Shown in pieces: positions 44,491-53,564 of a stretch of DNA of 64,000 bases; within the stretch, counting starts at the first letter, position 1; each line of letters starts with the position of its first letter. The translations under genes were made by a program, and so were the position numbers. The notes under the pieces are model-generated. The model was not told the DNA's origin. It did not search any database and was given only the letters and a program-made list of their open reading frames with translations. The stretch comes from Polyangiales bacterium (GTDB lineage: Bacteria; Myxococcota_A; Polyangia; Polyangiales; JADJQN01). The stretch covers positions 32,001 to 96,000 of the forward strand of contig CAXNJO010000005.1 of assembly GCA_964202905.1 (NCBI GenBank), in the 5' to 3' direction.

Positions 44491-46293
44491 GTGTGCGAGC
44501 GTCCGCGCGCGAGGGAGCGCTCCGGCGGCGAACTCTTCCGGACCCGACGCGACGCGCTCGTCGGCGCTGGGTACGCCGTGCTCGGCGCGCTCTCGGTGTT
44601 CGCGTTCCACGACGCGGGCGAGGCCCACGGGCGCTACGTGCTCGAGTCCTCGGGGCTCGAGCGGCTGCCGCCCAACGAGATCCAGTTCCTCTTCTGGTAC
44701 CTGCTCTGGGGCTCGCTCGCGGTGGCCGCGCTCGGCGCCGCGCTCGGGCGCACGACGCTGCCTGCGGCGCTGCTCACGCGGCTCTCCGCCTGGCGTGTCC
44801 CGCCCGCGCGCGTGGTGCTCGCGCTCGCGCTCGGGACGATCGCCCACGCGTGGATCGTGCGGCACGCAGTGCTGCTCGATGCGCCGATCACCGACGACGA
44901 GAGCGTGTACGACTTCATCGCGCAGACGCTCGCGCGCGGCCGCGTCACCAACCCGCTGCCGCCGGAGCCCGAGCGCTACGCGACGCAGTTCGTCGTGATG
45001 AACGAGGGCGGCTGGTACGGGAAATACCCGATCGGCCACGGCCTCGTCATCGCGCTCGTCGGTTTGACGCAGCGCGTCGATCTGGTCGGTCCGCTCCTCG
45101 CGTCGCTCTCGCTCTGGCTCACGTGGCAGCTCGGGCGGCGGCTGTTCGGCGAGCGCCGCGCGCTGCTCGGCGTCGGGCTGCTCGCGCTCTCGCCCCACTT
45201 CGTCTTCACGCACGCGACGCGCCTCTCGCAGACGACGTCGGGCGCGACGCTGCTCGCGGCGCTGCTCGGCGCCTACGAGCTCACGCGCGGCGGTGGCTGG
45301 CGCTGGGGCGCGCTCACGGGCGGCGCGCTCGCGTTCGGCGTGCTCGCGCGGCCCATGCCGGGGCTGCCGATCGCGGCCGCGATCCTCGGCGTGCTCGCGC
45401 TCTCGGGGCGCACCGCGCACCTGCCGGGCACGCAGCGGATCCCCGCGTCGCGCCTGCTCGGGACGGCGGCGCTCGCAGGGCTCGGGGCAGCCGCCGTGCT
45501 CGCCACGAACGCCGCGCAGGCGGGGGCGGCGCTCCGCTCTGGGTACGTGGTGGCGCATGGCGGCCACGGCTTCGGCGCCTTCGGGGGCGGCACGCTCACC
45601 AACTCGATCGGCGGCGCGCTCGTCCGCGAGAACGCGTGGCTCTTCGGGTGGCCGTTCTCGCTGCTCCTCGCGCTCTTCGGGCGCCCGCGGCGCGGGGCCG
45701 CGCTCTACGTCGCCGCGCTCGCGGCCGAGCTCTCGTACCGCGTGCTCGTGCCGAAGACGGTCCTCTCGCTGACGGGGCCGATCTACGTCACGGAGACCGT
45801 GCCCCTCCTCGCGCTCGGCAGCGCGGACGGCGCGGTGCGGCTCGCGGACTGGCTCGCGCGGGCGGGCGTCGCGGAGGCGCGCGCGCGCTTGCTCGGCGTC
45901 GTCGCCGCGGCCTTCGCGGTCGCGGCCTGCACGTTCATCCCCATCCAGCTGAAGACCCTGCACCGCGCGGGCACCGTGCACGACGCGTTCCGCGAATCGC
46001 TCGCGGCCATCGGCGCGCGTCACCACGCGCTCGTGTTCTGCGACACCGTGGTCGACATCCGCGCGCACATCACGTGGGCCTACTACCCGCCCCCGCCCTC
46101 GCCCGACCTCGACGACGACGTGCTCTTCGTGCGGCCCGATCCCGACGGCAACGAGGACGCCGATCGCGCGTTCTGGCTGCGCAGGCACCCCGATCGCGAA
46201 GCCTTCGTCGTGCGCGACACCGCCGGAGGTCGCGTCTTCACGCGCCTCGAGCGCACCCCGACGCCCCCCGCGGCGCCCGCGACCGCCGACTGA
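44491..46293 (+). CDS. GT-C fold (ArnT/PMT-like) membrane glycosyltransferase
   Basis: DDESVY after the early TMs, GKYPIGH, LLALSP, LARP, many TM helices; start uncertain. Confidence 0.75.
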   Translation: MCERPRARERSGGELFRTRRDALVGAGYAVLGALSVFAFHDAGEAHGRYVLESSGLERLPPNEIQFLFWYLLWGSLAVAALGAALGRTTLPAALLTRLSAWRVPPARVVLALALGTIAHAWIVRHAVLLDAPITDDESVYDFIAQTLARGRVTNPLPPEPERYATQFVVMNEGGWYGKYPIGHGLVIALVGLTQRVDLVGPLLASLSLWLTWQLGRRLFGERRALLGVGLLALSPHFVFTHATRLSQTTSGATLLAALLGAYELTRGGGWRWGALTGGALAFGVLARPMPGLPIAAAILGVLALSGRTAHLPGTQRIPASRLLGTAALAGLGAAAVLATNAAQAGAALRSGYVVAHGGHGFGAFGGGTLTNSIGGALVRENAWLFGWPFSLLLALFGRPRRGAALYVAALAAELSYRVLVPKTVLSLTGPIYVTETVPLLALGSADGAVRLADWLARAGVAEARARLLGVVAAAFAVAACTFIPIQLKTLHRAGTVHDAFRESLAAIGARHHALVFCDTVVDIRAHITWAYYPPPPSPDLDDDVLFVRPDPDGNEDADRAFWLRRHPDREAFVVRDTAGGRVFTRLERTPTPPAAPATAD

Positions 46294-46377
46294 TCCGCGC
46301 GCACGCGGCGGCCGCGCAGGCATCGTTCGGCGCGCCCTCGACACCCCCGCCCCCGGTGCTACCCCGCGCGGCTCGCC

Positions 46378-47423
46378 ATGCGTTTCCGGTCTCCCGCGCG
46401 CGGCCTCTTCCTCGCGCTCGGCGGGCTGGCCGCGCTGCTCACCGCGCTCTTCTGCGCGCGACCGCGGTCCGCTTCTGCGCAGGCCCCCGCGCTGGAATCG
46501 GGCAGCCCTGCAGCGCGCGCCACGCCCGCCGACGACACGCGCCCCCCGCCGCTCGGCGGCGCGCCCATGGCGCCGACACTCGGCTCCGGCACCGGCAGCC
46601 CGCCGGCGACCCCGCCCACGCCCGCGACGCCACGCGCCGCCGCGTCGTGGAACGCATTGCCCCTCGTGAGTTACGCGCGCGAGACGGAGCTCGCGCTCGG
46701 CGGCTTCGGCGTCACGTATTTCCGCGTGGGCGACGCGCCCGCCGCCTCGAGTCCGTCCTTCCTCGCGGCCGCGGCGATGGTGACCACGCGCGGCCAGGTG
46801 CTCGCCGATCTCTACCCCGAGGTGTGGCTCGACCACGAGCGCTGGCTCGTGAGCGGCCAGCTCGCGTACCGCCGCTTTCCCGACTATCTTCTTCGGGATC
46901 GGCGGCGACACCCGCCCCGAAGACCGCGAGCCCTACACGCTTCACAGCGTCTGGTCGCGCGTGGACGTGCGCCGCCGCACGTGGGGCGCGCTCTTCGTCG
47001 GCGCGCGGCACGAGGCGCAGTGGCACGAGCTGCTCTCGCTCGCGGACGCGCCACACCCTCGCGTTCGAGCTCTTCCTCGACACGATGGCCGGCGACGTCC
47101 CCTTCAACCAGCTCGCGCAGCTCGGCGGCGTGGCGCGGATGCGCGGGTATTTCGAGGGCCAGTACCGCGACAAGACCTACGCGATGACGCAGGTCGAGTA
47201 CCGGATCATGCCGCTGTTCTGGCGCCTCGGGGCCGTGCTCTTCGCGGGCATCGGCGAGGTCGCCGGGCGCTTCCGCGACTTCGACCTCGCGCACCTGAAG
47301 GTCCCCGTCGGCGCCGGCCTCCGCTACGCGCTCGACCCCGCGGAGCGCATCCACATCCGCGTCGACGCAGGCGTCGGACCGGGCACGTGGGGCCTCGCCG
47401 TCAACGTCCTCGAGGCCTTCTGA
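46378..47423 (+). pseudogene. Omp85/BamA-TamA family surface-antigen beta-barrel, disrupted as assembled
   Basis: LPLVSY..ET..G, FPDY/FFGIG (frame break ~46888), second break ~47050, then LGG...MRGYFEGQYRDK and GAGLRY...IRVD.G...EAF-stop. Confidence 0.65.
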
Positions 47424-47494
47424 CGGGGCCGGCCTGCGCCGCGCCGCCTGCCGAAGTGCTAGCTTCGCCGGGTCCACGCTCCCCGGGAGGACCC

Positions 47495-48121
47495 ATGCCA
47501 CGTCACGCCCGCTCTGGCGCCCCGCGCCCCACGCACGCCCTCGTCGTTTCCGGCGCCCTCGCCCTCGCGGCCTGTGGGGGAGGCACCACCGCCGTCTCGC
47601 CCCGCGCGCCGACGCTGCGCGCGGAGGCCGCCCCGCCTCCCGAGCGCGCGGCGCCGACGGCCTTCGCCCGCGGTCGCGGTGACCACGACGCGAGCGCCTG
47701 GGTCGGCGCACCCGGCGGCGAGCTCACCCTCGGGAACGGCGCGCGCCTCGAGATCCCCGCGGGCAGCCTCGCGGAGCCCGCCGAGGTCGTCTTCTCGCTC
47801 GGCGAAGAGGTCGCCGCCTTCCGCAACCGCGACGACGAACGCACCATCGGCCCCGCGCTCGTGGTCGCCCCCGAGCTGACGGCCGCGGGCAGCGCGCGCT
47901 TCATCGTCGAACTCCCCTTCACCACGCTCCCCGAGGGCTTCACCGAAGACGACGTCGCCGTCGCCCTCGAGCGCCACGACGAGAGCTCGAGCGGCTTCCG
48001 CGGCGGCGCGACCCGCACGACCTGGGAGCACGCCCCCGCCCGCGTGACCGCCGACCACAAGCTCCGCGCCGAGCTCCCCCAGCTCCCCGGCCTGCGCGTG
48101 CAGTTCGTCGTGTCGAACTGA
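47495..48121 (+). CDS. Lipoprotein with a ZU5-like beta-sandwich domain
   Basis: GGAGG RBS; lipobox LAAC-GG; VGAPGGELTL.NGARLEIPAGSL. Confidence 0.65.
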   Translation: MPRHARSGAPRPTHALVVSGALALAACGGGTTAVSPRAPTLRAEAAPPPERAAPTAFARGRGDHDASAWVGAPGGELTLGNGARLEIPAGSLAEPAEVVFSLGEEVAAFRNRDDERTIGPALVVAPELTAAGSARFIVELPFTTLPEGFTEDDVAVALERHDESSSGFRGGATRTTWEHAPARVTADHKLRAELPQLPGLRVQFVVSN

Positions 48122-48193
48122 CCGGGCGCCGCGCGGCGCCGCGGGGCCTCCGCCGTTGCCCCGCCGGGGCGCTGCGGCTACCGTGCGGCGCGC

Positions 48194-49051
48194 ATGAGCG
48201 TCCGCGACCTCGGCTACCGCGCGTATGAAGGGCAGCGGCTGCCCGCGTCGCACAACACGTGGGTCATGGTGCGGCACAGCGTGCGGCGCGCCTGGTCGTC
48301 GTGGCTCGTGAAACTGCCCGTGTTCTTCTGCGTCGGCACGGCCGTCGTGCTCGGCATCTACTACCTCGTCGCCGGGGTGCTGGTGTCGGGGCAGACGGGC
48401 GAGGCCTTCGACGCGGCGCCCATCGTGCGCCGCCTCGTGAGCGCGCAGATGTGGCTGTTCGTGCCGTTCATCACGCTCGGCGCGGGCGCCGGGTCGATCG
48501 CGCAGGACGCCGTGCACCGGGCCTTCCAGTTCTATTTCGCGAAGCCCGTGACCCCCGCGCAATACCTCTTCGGGCGCGTCTCGGCGGTGGCCTTCTTCGC
48601 CGGGTTCGTGGTGGTCGTGCCGGGCGTGCTGCTCATCCTGCTTACCGTCGGTTACGGGGCGCCCTCACCCGAGGTGCGGCTCGAGCGCGCGGGGTATCTG
48701 CTGCCCTTCCTGCTCTCGGCGGCGCTGCTCTCGGTGGTGATGGCCTCCGTGTCGGTGGGCTTCTCGTCGCTCGCGAAGAGCCGCGCGCTCACGATGAGCA
48801 GCTGGATCCTCGTGCTCGTCGTGCCGCACGTCATCGCGGGGGCGATCTCGCTCATCGCCAAGACGGACTGGGTCTTCGTCGCGTCGATGCCGGGCCTGCT
48901 CGACGTGGTCTTCGACGCGCTCTTCAAGAGCCCGCGCGAGCCCGAGGCGCACCTCGCGTGGTGGCACGCCGCGCCGATCCTCGCGGCGGTGACGGCGGGC
49001 TCGCTCCTGCTCGCGCACCGGCGGCTCACGCACGCCGAGGTGATCACGTGA
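48194..49051 (+). CDS. ABC-2 type transporter permease
   Basis: Six TMs; GAGSIAQD...AFQFYFAKPVTPAQYLFGR. Confidence 0.85.
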   Translation: MSVRDLGYRAYEGQRLPASHNTWVMVRHSVRRAWSSWLVKLPVFFCVGTAVVLGIYYLVAGVLVSGQTGEAFDAAPIVRRLVSAQMWLFVPFITLGAGAGSIAQDAVHRAFQFYFAKPVTPAQYLFGRVSAVAFFAGFVVVVPGVLLILLTVGYGAPSPEVRLERAGYLLPFLLSAALLSVVMASVSVGFSSLAKSRALTMSSWILVLVVPHVIAGAISLIAKTDWVFVASMPGLLDVVFDALFKSPREPEAHLAWWHAAPILAAVTAGSLLLAHRRLTHAEVIT

Positions 49052-50142
49052 GCGCCCCGACGACAGGCACCGCGCAGCCGACCGCGGGCGCGCGCGAAGA
49101 CGCGACGCCCTCGATCCGGGCGGTGCGGCTCTCCAAGTGGTACGGCCGCGTCACCGCGCTGCAGGACGTCTCGCTGCACCTCGAGCCGGGGATCTGGGGC
49201 CTGCTCGGCCCGAACGGCTCGGGCAAGACCACGTTCCTCCGCCTCGTCGCCGGCCAGCTCCGGCCCTCGCTCGGCGAGGTGCGCGTCTGCGGGCTCGCGC
49301 CCTTCGGCGAGGTGCGCGCGCTGCGCCGCATCGGGCTCTGCCCCGAGGCGGACGCGATGTACGACGACCTCACCGCGCTCGAGTTCGTCGCGGCGATGGC
49401 CGAGCTCAGCGGTTACTCGCGCCCCGCCGCGAAGGAGCGCGCCGAGGCCGCCCTCGACGCCTTCGGCCTGAAGAAGGCGATGGAGCGCAAGGTCGGCGGG
49501 TACAGCCGCGGCATGCGCCAGCGCGCGAAGCTCGCGCAGTCGGTCGTGCACGAGCCCGACGTCCTGCTCCTCGACGAACCGCTCACCGGCACCGATCCGA
49601 CCTCGCGCGCGGTCATCCTCGAGCAGCTCGCGAAGCGCGCGGCCGCGGGCGCCGTCGTGCTCTTCTCGACGCACGTGCTGCACGAGGTCGAGGCGCTCAC
49701 CGAGCAGGTGCTGCTCATCGCGCGCGGGCAGGTCGTCGCGCAGGGGCGTGTGCACGAGATCCGCGATCTGCTCGAGGAGCACCCGCACCACGTGCGCGTC
49801 GTCTGCGACCGGCCGCGCGACCTCGCCGCGGCGGTGCTCGGCGAGCCGGGCGTGCTCGGCGTGCGCTTCCCGTCCGCGGACGCCGTCGAGTTCGAGACAC
49901 GCGACCCCGACCGCACCTACGGCGCCATCGCGAAGAAGGCCGTCGAGGGGCGCTTCCGGGTGCAGTCGCTCACCAGCCCCGACGCGACGCTCGAGGCGCT
50001 CTTCCACTACCTCGTCGAGCGCAGCGGCCGCATGGCCGGCACCGGCGCCGACGCCGCGAGCGGCAGCGCCGCGCCCTACGCCGCGGGCGGCCTCGCGCCG
50101 GGCAGCGGCGCGTCCCCCACCCCGAGAGGCCCCAGCCGATGA
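49048..50142 (+). CDS. ABC transporter ATP-binding protein
   Basis: GPNGSGKTT, YSRGMRQR, LLLDEP, STH; GTGA overlap with the upstream stop. Confidence 0.93.
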   Translation: MSAPTTGTAQPTAGAREDATPSIRAVRLSKWYGRVTALQDVSLHLEPGIWGLLGPNGSGKTTFLRLVAGQLRPSLGEVRVCGLAPFGEVRALRRIGLCPEADAMYDDLTALEFVAAMAELSGYSRPAAKERAEAALDAFGLKKAMERKVGGYSRGMRQRAKLAQSVVHEPDVLLLDEPLTGTDPTSRAVILEQLAKRAAAGAVVLFSTHVLHEVEALTEQVLLIARGQVVAQGRVHEIRDLLEEHPHHVRVVCDRPRDLAAAVLGEPGVLGVRFPSADAVEFETRDPDRTYGAIAKKAVEGRFRVQSLTSPDATLEALFHYLVERSGRMAGTGADAASGSAAPYAAGGLAPGSGASPTPRGPSR

Positions 50143-50936
50143 GCGCACCGCCCGTCCCGAGCCCCGGCCACGCGATCGGCGCCGTCCTGCGCCTCCAGCT
50201 GCGCCGCTTCGCGCGCGGCAAGAAGCTGCGCCTCGCGCTCGTCGCCCTCGCGCTCGTCGTCGTGGGCGTGGTCACCGCCCGCTACCTCGGCGAGCACCCG
50301 GACGCCGCGGCGACGGCCGACGCGGTGCGGAGCGGCCTTCGGCTCGGCTTCCTCGGGCTGCTCGTGTACCTGCTGCCCTTCCTGTTCGCCTCGGGCGTCA
50401 TCGCCGAAGAGGTCGAGGGCCGCACGCTCTCCTTCCTCGTCGCGCGGCCCGTGGGCCGCTGGGCCCTCGGCACCGGCAAGTACCTCGCGGCGATCGCGCT
50501 CGCCGTGCCGCTGCTCGTCGCGGGCATGCTCGTCGTGCACGTCGCGTGCTTCGCGACGGCCCCCGATGCGCTCGTCTCCGAGCTGCCTTCGACGCTGCGC
50601 ATCGCGGGCGCCTGCGCGCTGCTCGCCTGCTGCTACGCGGCGTTCTGCATGCTCTGGGGCGCCGTCGCGGTGGAGGCCGCGGGCATCGTCGCGACGCTGC
50701 ACCTCGCGGTGCTCGAGTTCGGGATCTCGCTCGTCCCGGGGCCGATCCGCCTGCTCTCCATGAACTACCTCGCCTCCCAGCTCGCAGGCATGGAGAAGAC
50801 AGGCCTCTTCGCCGACATCACCCCGGACGTCCCCCCGCTCGCGGCGGGCCTCACGCTCGGCGCGGTGACGCTCACGTTCTTCGGCCTCGGCCTGCTCGCG
50901 GTCGCGACGAGCGAGTTCCGCTTCTCGCGGGCCTGA
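50139..50936 (+). CDS. ABC-2 type transporter permease
   Basis: IAEEVEGRTLSFLVARPVGRW....GKYLA; ATGA overlap with the upstream stop. Confidence 0.85.
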   Translation: MSAPPVPSPGHAIGAVLRLQLRRFARGKKLRLALVALALVVVGVVTARYLGEHPDAAATADAVRSGLRLGFLGLLVYLLPFLFASGVIAEEVEGRTLSFLVARPVGRWALGTGKYLAAIALAVPLLVAGMLVVHVACFATAPDALVSELPSTLRIAGACALLACCYAAFCMLWGAVAVEAAGIVATLHLAVLEFGISLVPGPIRLLSMNYLASQLAGMEKTGLFADITPDVPPLAAGLTLGAVTLTFFGLGLLAVATSEFRFSRA

Positions 50937-50942
50937 GGTCGC

Positions 50943-51584
50943 GTGCGCACCGAGGCCCACCAGAGCGTGGCGCGCGAGCGGGTGCACGAGGGCGAGCTCG
51001 CGCGGCACCAGATCGCGCGGCTCGAGGGCGGCCGCGCGTGGGTGATCGCGGGCGCGCTCGGTCGGCCGCGGCTGTGGTCGCGCGCCACCGACAGCGCGAT
51101 CGGGGGCTGGACGTCGGCGCTCGTGGCCTCGCGCGGGCGCCCGCCCGAGACGCGCCTCGACGACGCGCTCACGGCCGCACGCACCGCGCTCGCGGACGCG
51201 TGCGAGCGCCTCGTCGAGCGCGAGGTGCCCGACGTGCTCCTCGCGGGCCTGCTCCTCGAGGCCGGCACGCTCTACGTCGTCACGGCCGGCGCGAGCCGCG
51301 TCTACGTGCAGCGCGGCCCGCAGCCCCGCCGCCTCACGCCGCGCGACGAGCCCGAGGGCGGTCTGCTCGCCGCGGCCCCGACACGCACGGCGATCGCCCT
51401 CGAGCCCGGCGACCTCGTGCTCGCTGGCAGCGTCAGCGCGTTTTCGCTGCGCAGCGTCGCCCGCCTGAGCGCCGTGCTCGACGAGGATGCGCGCGCGACG
51501 CCGGCCGTGCTCGTCAGCGTGCTCACGGAGCCCGCCGCGCTCGCCGGTCTCGGCGCCGCCGCGCTCGCGCTGCGCGTGGCCTGA
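50943..51584 (+). CDS. Degenerate PP2C/SpoIIE-fold protein
   Basis: LYVVTAGASRVYV....RRLT and LEPGDLVLAGS align with the PP2C GDSR and GD.LLL.SDG motifs but lack the Asp residues. Confidence 0.6.
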   Translation: MRTEAHQSVARERVHEGELARHQIARLEGGRAWVIAGALGRPRLWSRATDSAIGGWTSALVASRGRPPETRLDDALTAARTALADACERLVEREVPDVLLAGLLLEAGTLYVVTAGASRVYVQRGPQPRRLTPRDEPEGGLLAAAPTRTAIALEPGDLVLAGSVSAFSLRSVARLSAVLDEDARATPAVLVSVLTEPAALAGLGAAALALRVA

Positions 51585-51737
51585 GACCGGGCCCTCGCGC
51601 AGGCGCGCGCCGCACGTCGCGCCCCACGCGCCCCCGCTGCACCGCGTCGGCACGGCTCGCGGCCCCGCCGAGCTGCGCTAGCCTGCGCCGCGCGCAGTCT
51701 CGCCCCGCGCGTGAGGCCGCCTACGGAGGAAGAGTCG

Positions 51738-52082
51738 ATGGAGCTCCACGAGCTGAACCACGAAGAAGAGATCGTGTTGGTCGGGCTGCTGCGCGACATC
51801 GCGCAGGCCGACGGCCGCTACACCGTCGCCGAGAAGCGCCACGTCGACGCCGTGCGCGACGCCCTCGGCGGCGAGCGCTTCGACGCCGCCGTCCGCGCGG
51901 CCCGCGAGCGCTTCGACAACCGCGAGGCGCTGAAGTCGGCCGCGCGCGGCGTGACGCGGCCGCCGGCCCGCGCGCTCATCTTCGCGAAGCTCGCCGACCT
52001 CGCCGCCGCCGACGGCACGAGCGCCGAAGAGGAGAAGCCGCTCGCGTGGCTCGCCTCCTGGTGGGACCTGCCCGGCCTCTGA
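51738..52082 (+). CDS. TerB-like protein
   Basis: IAQADGRYTVAE and LAAADGTSAEEE duplicated ADG...E motifs; GGAGG RBS. Confidence 0.7.
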   Translation: MELHELNHEEEIVLVGLLRDIAQADGRYTVAEKRHVDAVRDALGGERFDAAVRAARERFDNREALKSAARGVTRPPARALIFAKLADLAAADGTSAEEEKPLAWLASWWDLPGL

Positions 52083-52214
52083 CGGGACTCCGCGCGCCTT
52101 CGGATCCGCGCTGCGCGCCGCGCATCCCACGACCGCGCTGCGCGCCGTGCGCGCTCCGCGTCATGCGACGTGCATGACACGACACACGTTGCGCGAATCG
52201 CGCGTCGTACGTCG

Positions 52215-52763
52215 TCAGACCACGCGGTACTGGGTCACGTAGCCCTCGCGCACCGCGTGGCGGCCGTCGCGCTCTTCGACGAGCCACGGGAACTTCGCGG
52301 CGTGCAGCCGCGGCACGGTGACGACGCCAGGCGCCTCGTACGTGCCGAAGACGTGGTCCCACACGGACGTGCTCACGCCGTGGTTCGCGTGCGAGCGCCC
52401 GAAGTGGTGGCTGAGGTGGTGCGCGCGCGCCCACCGCTCATAGGCGTTGCGCGGCGCGGTGACGTGGATGCGGCGATGGATCCACTCGTAGACGAGCCAC
52501 CCCGCGAAGGTGCCCGCCGGCAGGCCCGCACCCGCGGCGCCCGCGCTCAGCACGCCGAGCCCCGAGAGCAGCGCGAGCGCCGGCACCGCGAGCGCGAGCT
52601 TGCTCGACCAGGGCGCGAACCAATCGACCTTCGCGTGGTGTTTCAGGTGCTCCCGCGAGGGGATCCGCCCGAGCACGCGCCGGTGGAAGACCCAGCGGTG
52701 CAGCATGTACTCGAGCCACGTCCAGACCACGACCCCGGCGACGAACGCACCCACGAAGCCCAT
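52215..52763 (-). CDS. Fatty acid hydroxylase/sterol desaturase family protein
   Basis: His boxes EY.LHRWVFH, HLKHH, YEWIHRRIH, HHLSHH, NHGVS...WD.VFGT. Confidence 0.9.
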   Translation of the reverse strand: MGFVGAFVAGVVVWTWLEYMLHRWVFHRRVLGRIPSREHLKHHAKVDWFAPWSSKLALAVPALALLSGLGVLSAGAAGAGLPAGTFAGWLVYEWIHRRIHVTAPRNAYERWARAHHLSHHFGRSHANHGVSTSVWDHVFGTYEAPGVVTVPRLHAAKFPWLVEERDGRHAVREGYVTQYRVV

Positions 52764-52766
52764 CGC

Positions 52767-53532
52767 TCAGCCCTCCCTCGCCGCGGCGCGCGAGGCGCGC
52801 TCGAGGCCATCGTCCACGTCGTCCCGCCGCGCGCCCCAGCCCACGAGCAGCGCCCGAACCAGCTCCGCGACGAGCGCCGCGGGCGTCAGCGCCCCGACCC
52901 CGAAACGCGCGAGCTTCCGGCTCCCGACCACGCCGTGCAGCGACGACCAGAGCAGCACGACCCGCGCGAGGTCGTCGCCGTCGTCGAGCGCCCCCGCCTC
53001 CCGCGCCGCCGAGAAGAGCGCCCCCGCCTCGCGGAGCAGCGCGAGCGTCGCGACGGCCACCCCGGCGGCCGCGGCGTCGTCGACGACGGGCTGCGGCGCG
53101 GCGAGCGCGCGCACGAGCAGCGCCATCTGCGCGGGTCTGCGCCTCGGCGAGCGCGAGATAGCCCCGCGCCGCGAGGACGATCGGCAGCAGCGCCTGCGTC
53201 CGCGCGGAGAGCGGCCGCCGCGCCCGCGCCGCGATCCCCGCGGCCTCCCGCGAGGCGTCGCGCACCATCCCGCCCGCCTCGCCGACGATCCGCGCGAGCA
53301 GGGCGGCGAGCAGCGCGTCCTTGCTCGGGTAGTAGCGATAGAGCGCGCCCGCGCGGTAGCCGAGCGCGTCACCGAGCCGCTGCATCGTGAGCGCCTCGAC
53401 GCCATCCTCGCCCGCGATGCGCGCCGCGGCCTCGAGGATGCGCGCGCTCGTCTCGACGCGGCGCAGGGAGCGCCCCTTGCCCGGCGGCGGCGCCTCGACC
53501 TCCGCGCGCGTCGCGTCTGATCCGTGAATCAT
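52767..53532 (-). CDS. TetR/AcrR family regulator (frame break near 53137)
   Basis: RILEAAARI....GVEALTMQRLGDALG...GALYRYYPSKDALL; the C-terminal LWSSLHGVV segment is in the adjacent frame. Confidence 0.85.
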
Positions 53533-53558
53533 GTTCACGAACGTGAACGACGTTCACG
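53523..53558. promoter_or_regulatory. Tandem palindromic operator pair, CGTGAA-N5-TTCACG x2
   Basis: 53523-53539 and 53542-53558, overlapping the TetR start codon; TTGACG (-35-like) on the minus strand at 53563-53568. Confidence 0.75.
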
Positions 53559-53564
53559 AGCTCG

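Noticed and set aside
52160..52178. Hairpin GTCATGC-GACGT-GCATGAC between convergent genes
   Set aside because: 7-bp stem without a U tract; too weak to call a terminator.
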